The notes below the pieces were generated by a model. It was not told the DNA's origin and did no database searches. It saw nothing but the letters and a program-made list of their open reading frames with translations. DNA of 64,000 bases from Eledone cirrhosa (taxonomy: Eukaryota): contig OZ024742.1 of NCBI GenBank assembly GCA_964016885.1, positions 328,910,001 through 328,974,000 on the forward strand. The letters run 5' to 3'. Within the stretch, counting starts at the first letter, position 1. Each line of letters starts with the position of its first letter. The position numbers and the translations under genes were made by a program. This document shows, piece after piece, positions 1-12,372 of this stretch.

Positions 1-206
1 TATCGGTTCTCATCTATTGCAGACTGTCCATGTTAGTCTCCTAGCTGTTTGTATTCATCGTTGTTGTGGTTATAAACTATAGCCACACATACACTTAACT
101 TTGGTTTTACTGTTGATGGAAATGTATTTTCGCAACATTGCGTACTTTGCTTTGATACTACTTTGTATCTACTCTACTGCGGCTACGACTTCGATATATA
201 CCTATT

Positions 207-420
207 ATTGGCAGTATTGGTAGAGCATTTGTAGCATAGAGTTACGGTCCTTTACGGTCTGAGTTCAAATCCCGCCCAGGTTAACTTTGACTTTCATCCT
301 TACGGGGTCGATAAAATAAAACACCAGTAATGCACTGGGGTCGATTTAATCGACTTTCCCCTCCCCTTCATATTACTGGCCTTGTGCCTATAGTAGAAAA
401 CATTATTATTATTATTATTA
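207..420 (+). mobile_element. tRNA-derived SINE (ATT-tailed family), 5'-eroded
   Basis: B-box-like GAGTTCAAATCC, family core CTTTCATCCTTACGGGGTCGATAAAATAAA, 3' GGC-CTTGT-GCC hairpin then AGAAAAC(ATT)n; homologous to copies at 423, 1065 and 32900. Confidence 0.85.
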
Positions 421-422
421 AA

Positions 423-633
423 GGCGGTGGATTGGCAGTATCGGTAGAGAGTCGGACGCCATGCTTTCCAGCATAGTTACGTCCCTTTACGATTTGAGTT
501 AAAATCCCGCCGAGGTTGTCTGTGCCTTTCATCCTTACGGCGTCGATAAAATATAGTACCAGTAATGCACTGGCTAATTGCTGGCCTTGTGCCTAAAGTA
601 GAAACAATTATTATTATTATTATTATTATTATT
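423..633 (+). mobile_element. tRNA-derived SINE (ATT-tailed family)
   Basis: GGCGGTGGATTGGCAGTATCGG head (A-box-like), B-box-like GAGTTAAAATCC, same core, (ATT)n tail; directly follows the previous copy. Confidence 0.9.
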
Positions 634-1028
634 AAAAGTGCACAATGGCAGGACTAATTTAACAATGAAGATATAAAAATATAAAATAAATATGCATAAA
701 TATAACAAAATAAATTCCCCTATATGTGGTGGATGACCCAGGGGTGACTCAGGTACCCCACCAATCCTGAACCACCCTGCGCTTCTAGGGCACCCAGGGA
801 GAGCAACCCCTCTCCTCAAGTTAGCTAGCTTATAAGCTCATTGTCAGAGTAGGCCCATTAACACGAGCCATTCTCGCCGCATTCAACCACCTTTTAGCAA
901 ATGTACTGGGGGGCAGCACATCTCTCTCCACCCTCACCTTCCTTTCCAGGTGAAACTTGAAAAAGTTGATGAGGGATTGGTCTATGTATTGTCCCATACA
1001 TGTCGGCCCTTGCGGCCAATAAATGAAA

Positions 1029-1060
<32 letters not shown>
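634..1060. mobile_element. 5'-truncated, 5'-inverted Tx1-clade LINE of a third subfamily (C)
   Basis: Minus strand 982-830 translates DQSLINFFKFHLERKVRVERDVLPPSTFAKRWLNAARMARVNGPTLTMSL*, homologous to the ORF2 C-terminus of the other copies, followed by 3'UTR to 634; 983-1030 on + is a LINE 3' end (GGCC-CTTGC-GGCC, AATAAA) plus (ATT)10. Confidence 0.85.
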
Positions 1061-1063
<3 letters not shown>

Positions 1064-1064
1064 A

Positions 1065-1271
1065 GGCGGTGGATTGGCAGTGTCGGTAGAGGGTCGGACG
1101 CCATGTTTTCCAGCATAGTTACGTCCCTTTACGATCTGAGTTCAAATCCCGCCGAGGTTGACTTTGCCTTTCATCCTTACGGGGTCGATAAAATAAAGTA
1201 CCAGTAATACACTGGTGAATTGCTGGCCTTGTGCCTAAATAGAAACAATTATTATTATTATTATTATTATT
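1065..1271 (+). mobile_element. tRNA-derived SINE (ATT-tailed family)
   Basis: Near-identical to 423-633, GAGTTCAAATCCCGCC B box, (ATT)n tail. Confidence 0.9.
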
Positions 1272-1489
1272 GAATGCTATGGTTGACGGAGGCTCGGCTC
1301 TGTAAGGTACTGTAAATTTTGAACGCTTTAACAATTGTAAATTGTTTAAAACTTAGACCAACTTGTAGACAAAAACACCCTCCTCCTCGTGAGAGGGGTC
1401 TTTCTGCCCGTTATTTGGCCCTTCGGGGTTAAATAACTGCTTATTTGGGTTTTGTACCCAATATTTATTTTAAACAAAAAAAAAACAAC

Positions 1490-3583
1490 ATGGCTACGAA
1501 AAAGAATTTGCATAGGTCACTCCCACTCATTCCGTCTTCTTTTTCCTCAATCGTCACTACAGCAGAGAGAAGATTGTCTCTCTCCCTCCCTTCTTTAAAT
1601 GTGTCTCTCTCCCTCCCTTCTCTTTCGCAAGCGACGAAAGAAAAGAAAAGTGTCGTGCAAAGCGTGCAAGGTTTCTCCACGACGATGACGACAGCGACGA
1701 AACAGGTGTGCGGGAAATATGAAAACCCAGTTCATTCGTCTGACGTCAGGAATAATAGCAGTAGCAGCCGTAATAACAACAGCAACAGTGACAATGAAAA
1801 CAACAGTAGCAGCCGCAACAGCATCACCAGCAGCATAAACAACAACAGCATTAGCAGCAGCAACACCAACAACAACCACAGCAACAGCGGCGGAGGCAGT
1901 AGTCGTAGTACCTGCAGCAACAACAAAAGTAACAGCAGCTCTGACGACAACAACACCAACAGCAACAAAGAAAAACCAATCTCATTTGCAGGTATTGCAG
2001 AAAAACTTGGAAACAATCCTCATAACAATGAGGAATTAGAGGAAGCGAAGAAGATGGTGACAAAGACTGGACACCGAGCAATCTACAAGGCAGCGGAAAC
2101 ATTTTTCGAAACCCAACAGCACTGTACGGTCACGTACCATACAGTAAGTACAAAATCCCGTAGGGTGGAAAGAGCCACATAGACTCAAATACCAAAAGCC
2201 TTGGGGTCTGTGTGGCAGCGGAAAACGCACATCACCCAAGGAAAAAAATATGCCACCGTAGACGTACTTTTTGCCACACCCCAGGAGGCAAAGGCTCAAT
2301 CCGTAGTAACCCTAAGGAGCGAGGAAATGGTGTTGGTGCCCTCCTATGGCGGGCAAAAAATTTTGAGGGTCAAACGTCCCCCCCGGGATGGCCCCTTCTT
2401 GGCTGGCCGCGTCTTTCCTCGTCGGAATCGAGGACAAAACAACTGTACTGCAAGTACAGAAAAAAGTAAGAGAAGATTGGGTCGGCACCTCCATTGAGAT
2501 GCTAATCCAAACCAACCAGGAGTGCATCGAAGCTATCCCGGATGTCATAGACTTCGATAACGGCACTCAACTGCCCATAAGTGTTGAGGGAAAACGCCCG
2601 AAATGCTTTCGCTGTGGATCGAAGACTCACCTCAGGGCCTTCTGCAACGAGAAGACCCTGAGAAAGTAACCCCCCCCTCATTCCGAAACCGGCTCCACGG
2701 CTACCAGCAACAGGACAAGCGGCAACCAAGAACGATAGGTCCGTGGCACCCATACCCACGCCACGGAAATCAAAAACATCAGCAGCAGTGGAAATATTAA
2801 CAACAACAACAGCAATACCAAATGCAGCTGCAACAGAGACTCCAGTGCAAACATCACCAACAACAACAAGTGAAAGAGTGGAGCTGGTACCCCTCCCCGA
2901 CCTCACAGAATCAGACATGGAGTGTGAGGTGGGAGAGAGATGGCAAAAGGTCGTAAGAAGGCACAAACGCAGAAGCAGCGCATCGTCGCCTTTGAAAAGG
3001 GAGGAAAGAAATGAGAAAAGGGTAAAGTCTACTGCAAAGAGGCCCACAGCAGCAACACCACCAACACCATCACCACCCACACTAGCACCACCATCACCAT
3101 CGGCGACAACCCCACCGCCAACAACACCTTCAACACCACCACCACAAGCACAAACATCGTAAACACAACAACAAAACACACACACCCAGCAACAACGACA
3201 AGAACATAGCAGAACCACACCCCACCCCCAGAAAAACAAATGCATAGCAATAAATACACACAACAAGAAACTAATGACTTACATAATTGAACACACAGAC
3301 ATTACACAACACGACTACATAATACCAGCACCAATCAAAACGCCAACTAACATAAGACTGCTAAAAATAGCAGAAGAAACAATACACAAATATTAAAACG
3401 AAATTCCCCAACGCAGTTGGTGATTTCAGGGACCTAGGAGGAACTATCAATCGAAGAGTATATTCAGAGATTCTCTTAGAAGAGCCGACGACCAGCCGAA
3501 GGGACGATTCAACGGTCTCTTCACCAGACGATCAAGTGAAAAGGGATGTAAAAACCAACCCTCCTCTACGAAAAGTACGGTAA
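1490..3583 (+). pseudogene. Tx1 ORF1 type A, disrupted
   Basis: ORF pieces 1445-2182, 2201-2497, 2388-2669 and 2743-3162 align to the intact 698 aa ORF at 20778; CFRCGSKTHLRAFC zinc knuckle; several stops and frameshifts. Confidence 0.92.
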
Positions 3584-3618
3584 GTGGTCTTTCCCATCTT
3601 TTCCACTCTATTTTAAAC

Positions 3619-6227
3619 ATGACCTCACTCAGAATAGGCAGCATAAATGCGCGTGGCTTGGGGTCGTCATGGAAGCAGGGTCACCTGCTCAACGACCTCA
3701 GGTCACTAAACATAGATGTAGTGGCCATCAGCGAGACCATAATCTCCGAAGCACGGGCCTTCGCACCGATCTTCGGCGGCTACGATGTGTCCGCATCTCC
3801 CAGCCGTCCTGGATCGGGTGGAGGAGTTGCTGTGCTTTTTCGGAGAGGTTTGGATCTCGCCATACGGGCCATCTTCCTGGACCCAGAGGGTAAGCTGGTG
3901 GTGCTGGACGTGACCAGCGGAGAGGGAAAGCTTTGAGGCTAGTGGCCGTCTATGCCCCGACAGGAGCAGGGCGGCCTGATATCTTCCGCCGTCTGGAGAC
4001 CTTTCTTGGAACGTCCCGCTCTTTAGTGTTAGTGGGCGACTGGAACGGGATCTTAGATGAACGCTGGGTCTGTGTGGGTTTAGCGGATAGGGGTGGAGGG
4101 TGCAAGAGCCTCACCAACCTGCTCAGGCGTTTTGAACTGTCTGACAGGTACCGATTAGATTTCCCGAATGTGCCAATGTGGACTTGGACAAATCGCATAG
4201 GGTCATCCAGATCATATCTAGATAGAGTATTTTGTAGGGAAATAGATAAGTCTAGCATAGGCTGTCCACAATTCAAGATAGTCAGCTACACGGACCACAA
4301 ATTCGTGACCTGTGTGCTTGACTTAGATAGGCTTCATAGACGAGGACCCGGCTACTGGAAGCTAAACGCGTCCTTACCAGCGCGCAAGGCCTACAGAGAC
4401 CGGATTAGCGAACTAGTTAAGCGGGCGTTGACGGAGGCCATCGTCAACAACAAGTGGTGGTTTGCTCTGAAAAGAGCGATTAGAATAGAATCGATTAGGT
4501 TTAGTAAGGCTTTACCAATAGAGAAAAATAGAGCAGAGGGAGAACTAGTTAGAAAATTAGACGAGGCGCTTAGCAAAGGCATTGCGAACGGCGTGCTTGC
4601 GGCGAAATTGGCCCTTGACCAATTCTTCAATGCAAAGCACGAAGGCTGCGTTGTCAGAGCAAGGGTCCGTGCTCTCAGACACGAGGGGACGAAAGCCGTT
4701 CATGAGGCCGAGTGGCGGAGGCGCGTCGTGGCAACAAAGCCACGATCCGGTCTTTGGTGGACCACGACGGGCGCATGCTACTCGATCCCGGGAAAATGTG
4801 TGAAGCTTTTCTGCGACACTTCGCTCAACTGTTCGGGGGCAGCGGTGGGCCGGGTCGAGGATGGACTTTAGTGTCTACCTCGACGGACTGCCGCGGCTCT
4901 CGGCCACTGAGGCGAAGTGTTGCGAAAAGCCGATAACAGCGGTGACAGGAGCAATGATCAACCAGGAAAAGTCAGTGGGCCTGCAGCTCGGCACCTGGAG
5001 AGGCAGGTCCATGCCGTCCAACAGCGTCGTCGGACGCTGGACGGACGGACCGGTTAAATTGCTAGGGGTCTGGTACGGTCCGGACCTCCAGATGGACAAA
5101 AACTGAGACGAGGTGACAAGCAGGGTGGCTTCTCTCACCCAGAAATGGGTGGAGAGGAAGCTATCCCTGAAAGGTCGAGCGGAGGTGGCTAACGCGTACA
5201 TCGCGTCTGTCATCTGCTACCGCCTGACCGTCGTACCTTGTCCTAAGCCTCGCCTGACTGCGCTGGAGCGTTTGCTCTTTCGCTTTTTGTGGAAGGACGC
5301 GCTCCGATGGTCAGGCGGTCCATCTGTTGTCAACACCCGCTACGTGGAGGGCTGGGCATGCCGTGGCTGATGATGCTCAGGCACGCGCTCAGGCTACGAC
5401 ATCTCCACCTCTTCCTCGACGGTGATCAGGTGTGGTCGCCGTTTGCTAGACACGTATTTCCCCAGCTCGTTTCCTTGACGGAGCTGCAGTCCTGGGTAAA
5501 GCGAAGACCGAGAGGGAGCGCCTGGAGACTGGAATGTCTTCAGGCGCTCACAGCCCTCGACCAATCGGGCAATGTGATCGGTGGAAACTCCACCTCGGCG
5601 TTCTATAGAGGATTAGTGGAGGGGAAGAGCGATGACGTACTTGGGGAAACTCTAGGCGTCGACGAAAATCAACTAGTCAATCTCTTCGGAAGAACTTTCG
5701 GGCCAGGGCCTATGGACAACTTCCAGAAATATCTGGCCTGGCAATGCTACCGAGGAGCTTTGCCAGTTCGGGATAAACTCTACAGGCATGGAGGTGCCGT
5801 CAGCCGGGCATGTCTGAGATGCGCGCAGGGCGACGAAACCGTCCTGCACGCACTCGTCCAGTGTCCGAAAATTGCTGACTTGTGGGTTTATGTCGAACAT
5901 GTGCTGTCGCGTTTAGGACGGATCCGGCTATCATCTGAATCCATCGTGAGGATTGCCCCGCCCTCCTCCTTTAGCCGGGAAGGGCAGGCAGTTTTTATCT
6001 GCCTGGTGGCCATGGCGAAAGAGATAGTATGGTGGACACGTTTGAAAGGGCTGAAGACGAGCACTTACCTCTTCGGTGATGCCCTGATTAACTTTTTCAA
6101 ATTTCATCTGAAAAGGAAAATCAGGGTAGAGAGGGAAGTGCTCTCTTCCCAGCATTTTGTTGAAAGATGGGTGAGAGAAGCAAGTATGGCCCGAATGAAT
6201 GGGCCTTCTCTGAGTATGTGTCTGTAA
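3619..6227 (+). pseudogene. Tx1 ORF2 (APE-RT-CCHC), disrupted, RT core deleted
   Basis: Pieces align to the ORF at 22910; junction EKPITA/VTGAMINQ at ~4940 lacks 807 bp; additional frameshifts and stops. Confidence 0.93.
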
Positions 6228-6695
6228 ATTAAAGGTGGAAAACTGGGAGAGGGCACTTGCCCTGGTGGTCAGGGCCACTGTGGTCTTTTAATGGGCTTTA
6301 TCCACAAATGTCCCTCGGAAGTCTCCCCCCTATTGGGGAATTTTTCATTGTTATTTTATTTCATCCTGTTTTTTACACGCAGAAATGCCCATTTGTACCG
6401 TCCTGTATTGTCCTGTACTGTCCTTAATATCTACTTTATGTAAACCCTTGTGGTTAATAAAGAAAACATTATTATTATTATTATTATTGGCGACCTATGT
6501 AGTAAATCGTATCATCGTGAGCTCCGCAAAGGTTTGTTATTTCCGTTTGTTAAAAATTGCCATTTATGGAAAATTTTATTGTTAACTGTTTATAAGCACA
6601 CATACATTGTTTTCCGAAAAGGACACCCAAAAAGATTGGGGCCTTGTGCCCAAAATTTTAACTTTTATTATTATCAAAAAATTTCTTTGAAAAAA

Positions 6696-8675
6696 ATGGC
6701 TACTTCACCTCTGCACGAAGCAGCTGAAAGCCTTCCTCACAAAATAACACCTCACACCGACACCACCATTGTAAATGTTACTACGTTTGCCAACATAAAA
6801 AAAATGTAAGCAATAGCAATATTTTAAATTTGTCTCAGGCAGACATTCATTTCCCGCCATTACCAATGACTGCAGGTGTTAAAGCCTCCACCACCACCAC
6901 CACCGCGACAACCACCACCCACACCACCACCGCGACAACAGAAACAAAAGAAGAAAAAAATAAATTAACTCGTGATGTCGAAATGAAATCAATCAAAATG
7001 GACTCTTCCGCACCAAAGACGACTGACGTCACCACCACCACAACTGAAACTAAAATTAATATTAACATAAATAACGATAGCAACAACAACAACAATGACA
7101 TTATAAAACCGACCCTCAGTTTCGCCATAGTAGCAAAACAATTCGAAACATTCACGGTAACTCAAGAGGATTTAGAAAATGCCAAACAAATGGTAAAGAA
7201 AGATGGGTATAGGGTCAGCCTCATCCCCCCCCCACCTAATAAAATGGAGCATCGGCGCCTATGCACCGTGTCGTATAGAACAATAAATGTAAAATCGCGC
7301 CGAGGGGAACGGGCATCCGAGTCCCAAATCCAAAAAGCTTTGGGACATGTGTGGGCAAGAAAAACCCACATCAGACGTGGGCAAAAGTATGGAACCGTGG
7401 ATGTGTTCTTTGAAACACCAGAGGAGGCTAGAGAACACTCCATGGCCCAATTAAAAAGTGATGACTTCACACTCGTCCCAAGCTATTGTGGCCAGAGACT
7501 CGTAAAGATCAGGGTGACCCACGTTCCACCGGCCATCGAAATTCCCTGGCTAATAGCGGCTGTCCTCGCCGGCATCGAAACCAACACGAACATAATAGCA
7601 ATAGCAAAAGAAAAGCAGGAAAACTGGTCCGGATCTGGGATGGAGCTCCTAATCCAAGCGGACCAAAAAAGCATTGAGAAGATCCCAGAGGTAATAGACC
7701 TCACTGACGGCAGCCACCTCACGGTAATTGTCGAGGGCAGAAGACCTAGGTGTGTCGTTTGTGGTGAAGGAACCCACCTAAGAGCTTTCTGCCCTCAGGC
7801 TAAATGGTTGAGGCCACCTCTCCTACCCACCCCAGTGACACAACCATCAACACCACAAGTAGCAGAGATGGCAACAACAACTGTAGCAGCAACAACAGAA
7901 GCAACTATAATAGCAACAACCCCAGCAACAGTAGCAAAACCAACACCACTACCACCACCACCACCACCCAACGCTTCAGAACTAGCACCAGCGCCTACAC
8001 CATCCACCACACCACAACCAAAACTAACGACTGTGGAGGATTTTCCACTCCCCGGCCTATCACAACTGGAGACAGATTGTGACGACGAGGAGTGGGAAAC
8101 GATATCCGGAAAAAAAAAAGAAACCAAAAAAGAAAAAATTCTCTTCCTTCCCCCTCCAAAAACAAAATACAGAGGGAAACAAATAAACTAAGAAACAAAA
8201 AAGTTAGGACAGATATGCCACCATCCACACCAGCATCACCAACCCCATCAACCCAAACACCAACACCATCACCATCATTAACTCCTTTCCAACATCACCT
8301 ACACCACAAAAGTCACCAAAATGCGAAACAGAAACAAACCCACAACAAACGCAAACAAAACAAAACAACCAAAACGATACACACTACACAGCATTAAATT
8401 TGAACAACAAGCAATTATTACACTACATCCAACACAACACCAGCATCACAGAAAAAGACTACACAACAACCCCAAAATTCACACCACCTCCACACATACA
8501 AATCACTCGCATCACACAGAAAACGTACATGACACTAAAACAAAAATTCCCCAAAGACATCGGAGACTTCCGACAAGCACTCTCCAAGAGGATTTATAAG
8601 GACATCCTTCCTGAGGAGGCCACAAGCAGTGAAAAGGATGGAAAAACCGTCCTTCCCCTACGAGAAATAAGGTAA
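6696..8675 (+). pseudogene. Tx1 ORF1 type B, frameshifted
   Basis: ATGGCTACT start at 6696; pieces 6830-8191, 8092-8397 and 8400-8675; CVVCGEGTHLRAFC knuckle; central region homologous to but diverged from type A (QIQKALGHVWARKTHI vs QIQKALGSVWQRKTHI). Confidence 0.88.
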
Positions 8676-8709
8676 GTGGTCTTTCCCATCTTTTCCACTC
8701 CTTTTCAAC

Positions 8710-11700
8710 ATGACCTCACTCAGAATAGGCAGCATAAATGCGCGTGGCTTGGGGTCGTCATGGAAGCAGGGCCACCTGCTCAACGACCTCAGGTCACTAA
8801 ACATAGATGTAGTGGCCATCAGCGAGACCAGAATCTCCGAAGCACAGGCTTTCGCACCGATCTTCGGCGGCTACGATGTGTACGCATCTCCCAGCCGTCC
8901 GGGATCGGGGGGTGGAGTTGCTGTGCTTTTTCGGAGAGGTTTGGATCTTGCCATACGGGCCATCTCCCTGGACCCAGAAGGTAAGTTGGTGGTGCTGGCC
9001 GTGACCAGCTGAGACGGGCAAGCTTTCAGGTTAGTGGCCGTTTATGCCCCGACAGGAGCAGGGCGGCCTGATTTCTTCCGGCGTCTGGAGACCTTTCTTG
9101 GAACGTCCCGCTCTTTAGTGTTAGTGGGCGACTGGAACGGGATCTTAGATGCACGCTGGGATTGTGTGGGATTAGTGGATAGGGAAGGAGGGTGCAAGAG
9201 TCTCACCAACCTGCTCAGACGTTTTGAACTGTCTGACAGGTACCGAATGGATTTCCCGAATGTACCAATGTGGACTTGGACAAATCGCATAGGGTCATCC
9301 AGATCATATCTAGATAGAGTATTTTGTAGGGAAATAGATAGGTCTAGCATAGGCTGTCCACAATTCAAGATAGTCAGCTACACGGACCACAAATTCGTGA
9401 TCTGTGTGCTTGACTTAGATAGGCTTCATAGACAAGGACCCGGCTACTGGAAGCTAAACGCGTCCTTACCAGCGCGCAAGGCATACAGAGACCGGATTAG
9501 CGAACTAGTTAAGCGAGCGTTGACGGGGGCCATCGTCAACAACAAGTGGTGGTTTGCTCTGAAAAGAGCAATTAGAATAGAGTCCATTAGGTTTAGTAAG
9601 ACTTTAGCAATAGAGAAAAATAGAGCAGTGGGAGAATTAGTTAGAAAATTAGATGAGGCGCTTAGCAAAGGCATCGCGACCGACGTACTTGCGGCGAAAT
9701 TGGCCCTTGACCAATTCTTCAATGCAAAGCACGAAGGCTGCGTTGTCAGAGCTAGGGTGCGTGCTCTCAGACACGAGGGGACGAAAGCCATTCAATGGGC
9801 CCGAGTGGCGGAGGCGCGTCGTGGCAACAAAGCCACGATCCGGTCTTTGGTGGACCACGACGGGCGCATGCTACTCGATCCCGGGCAAATGTGTGAAGCT
9901 TTTCAGCGACACTTCGCTCAACTGTTCGGGGGCAGTGGCGGGCCGGGTAGAGGGATGGACTTTAGTGTCTACCTCGATGGACTGACGCGGCGTTCGGCCA
10001 CTGAGGCGAAGTGTTGCGAAAAGCCGATAACAACCGCTGAAGTACGGGATGCAATGACTAGTTGCACAAGGGGTAAATCGCCTGGTTTTGATGGTCTGCC
10101 CTATGAACTTTACGTACAAATGCCAAAATTGTTCGGAGGCCTCTTGGCGGACGTCTACTGCAACTGGCAACAGAACGGGAGAATTCCCAGCTCTGTGAGC
10201 CGAGGAGCGGTGGCGCTGCTGAGAAAGGATCCGAACAAGGGGGATAACATAGATAATTTTAGGCCCCTAACTCTGCTAAACACAGAGTTTAAGATTTTGG
10301 CCAAGGTGCTAGCAAAGAGGTTGGCGCTTGTCGTTGGTGGTCTGGTGGGAGAGGCACAGACATGCGCCATTCCCGACAGATCCATCCACGACAACCTCCA
10401 CCTCATGCGATACATCGTAGAGAGGGTAGCTAGGGAGCCTGGCACGGGTGGGTCTTTGATCAATTTAGATCAGTCGAAAGCCTTCGATAGGGTCGACCAT
10501 TGTTACCTAGCGGCAGTCCTGAGGGCGGCTGGCTTTCGGCCCGTCTTCAGAGGCTGGATCGCTGCCATGCACAGCGACATCTGCTCTGTAGTGAGAGTGA
10601 ACGGTCACCTTTCGGAACCGTTCAACATCATGCGCTCGGTCCGCCAAGGATGTCTGTCCCCTCTCGTCTCTATTGTACGTATTGACTCTCGAGCCATTAC
10701 TGCACAAACTGGAGACGTTGAGGGGGTCCCGCGCGAACTAGGATGCGGAAGATCCGTGTCAGCATATGCCGACGATGTCACCGTAGTGGTGTCGAACGCC
10801 AAACACATCGAGGCGATCGGCACTACACTAAGAGAATACGAAGCGGTGACAGGAGCAATGATCAACCAGCAAAAATTAATGGGTCTGTAGCTCGGCACCT
10901 GGAGAGGCAGGTCCATGCCGTCCAACAGCGTCGTCGGGCGCTGGACGGACGGACCGGTTAAATTGCTAGGAGTCTGGTTCGGTCCAGACCTCCAGACGGA
11001 CAAAAACTGGGACGAGGTGACGAGCAGGGTGGCTTCTCTCACCCAGAAATGGGCCGAGAGGAAGCTATCCCTGAAAGGTCGAGTGGAGGTGGCGAATGCG
11101 TAGATCGCATCCGTCATCTACTACCGCCTGACCGTCGTACCTTGTCCTAAGCCCCGCCTGACTGCGCTGGAGCGTTTGCTGTTTCGCTTCTTGTGGAAGG
11201 GACGCGCTCCGATGGTCAGGCGGTCCATCTGCTGTCAACACCCGCTACGTGGAGGGCTGGGCATGCCGTGGCTGATGATGCGCAGACACGCGCTCAGGCT
11301 ACGACATCTCCACCTCCTCGACGGTGATCAGGTGTGGTCGCCGTTTGCTAGACACGTTTTTCCCCAGCTCGTCTCCTTGACGGAGCTGCAGTCCTGGGTC
11401 AAGCGAAGACCGAGAGGGAGCGCTTGGAGACTGGAATGTCTTCAGGCGCTCACAGCCCTCGACCAATCGGGCAATGTGATCGGTGGAAACTCCACCTTGG
11501 CGTTCTATAGGGGATTAGTGGAGGGGAAGAGCGACGACGTACTTGGAGAAACTCTAGGCGTCGACGAAAATCAACTAGCCAATCTCTTCGGAAGGACTTT
11601 CGGGCCGGGGCCTATGGACAACTTCCAGAAATCTCTGGCCTGGCAGTGCTACCGAGGAGCTTTGCCAGTTCGGGATAAACTCTACAGGCATGGAGGTGCC

Positions 11701-12129
11701 GTCAGTCGGGCATGTACGAGATGCGCGCAGGGCGACGAAACCGTCCTGCACGCACTCGTCCAGTGTCCGAGCATTGCTGACTTGTGGGTTTATGTCGAAC
11801 ACCTGCTGTCACGTGTAGGACGGATCCAGCTATCAGCTGAGTCCATCGTGAGGATTGCCCCGCCCCCTTCCTTTAGCCGGGAAGGGCAGGCAGTTTTTAT
11901 CTGTCTGGTGGCCATGGCGAAAGAGATAGTATGGTGGACACCTTTGAAAGGGCTGAAGACGAGCACTTACCTCTTCTGTGATGCCGTGATTAACTTTTTC
12001 AAATTTCATTTGAAAAGGAAAATAAAGGTAGAGAGGGAAGTGCTCTCTTCCCAGCATTTTGTTGAAAGATGGGTGAGAGAAGCAAGTAGGGCCCGAATGA
12101 ATGGGCCTTCTCTGAGCATGTGTCTGTAA
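8710..12129 (+). pseudogene. Tx1 ORF2, disrupted
   Basis: APE motifs (INARG, SET, VYAP, GDWN, TDH), RT motifs (KAFDRV, YADD), CCHC; stops at 9010, 10888 and 11101, and a TGTC duplication frameshift at ~10651. Confidence 0.93.
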
Positions 12130-12372
12130 ATTAAAGGTGGAAAACTGGGAGAGGGCACTTGCCCTGGTGGTCAGGGCCACTGTGGTCTTTTAATGGGCTT
12201 TATCCACAAATGTCCCTCGGAAGTCTCCCCCCTATTGGGGAATTTTTCTTTGTTATTTTATTTCAACCTCTGTTTTTTTTACACGCAGAAATGCCCATTT
12301 GTACCGTCCTGTATTGTCCTGTACTGTCCTTAATGTCTACTTTATGTAAACCCTTGTGGTTAATAAAGAAAA

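Larger units (their letters stand above)
1272..6488 (+). mobile_element. Tx1/L1-clade LINE copy A1 (full-length ends, defective)
   Basis: Same 5' end (GAATGCYATGGTTGACGG) as copies at 20564 and 26812; ORF1 and ORF2 remnants; 3'UTR with AATAAA and (ATT)7 tail. Confidence 0.95.
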
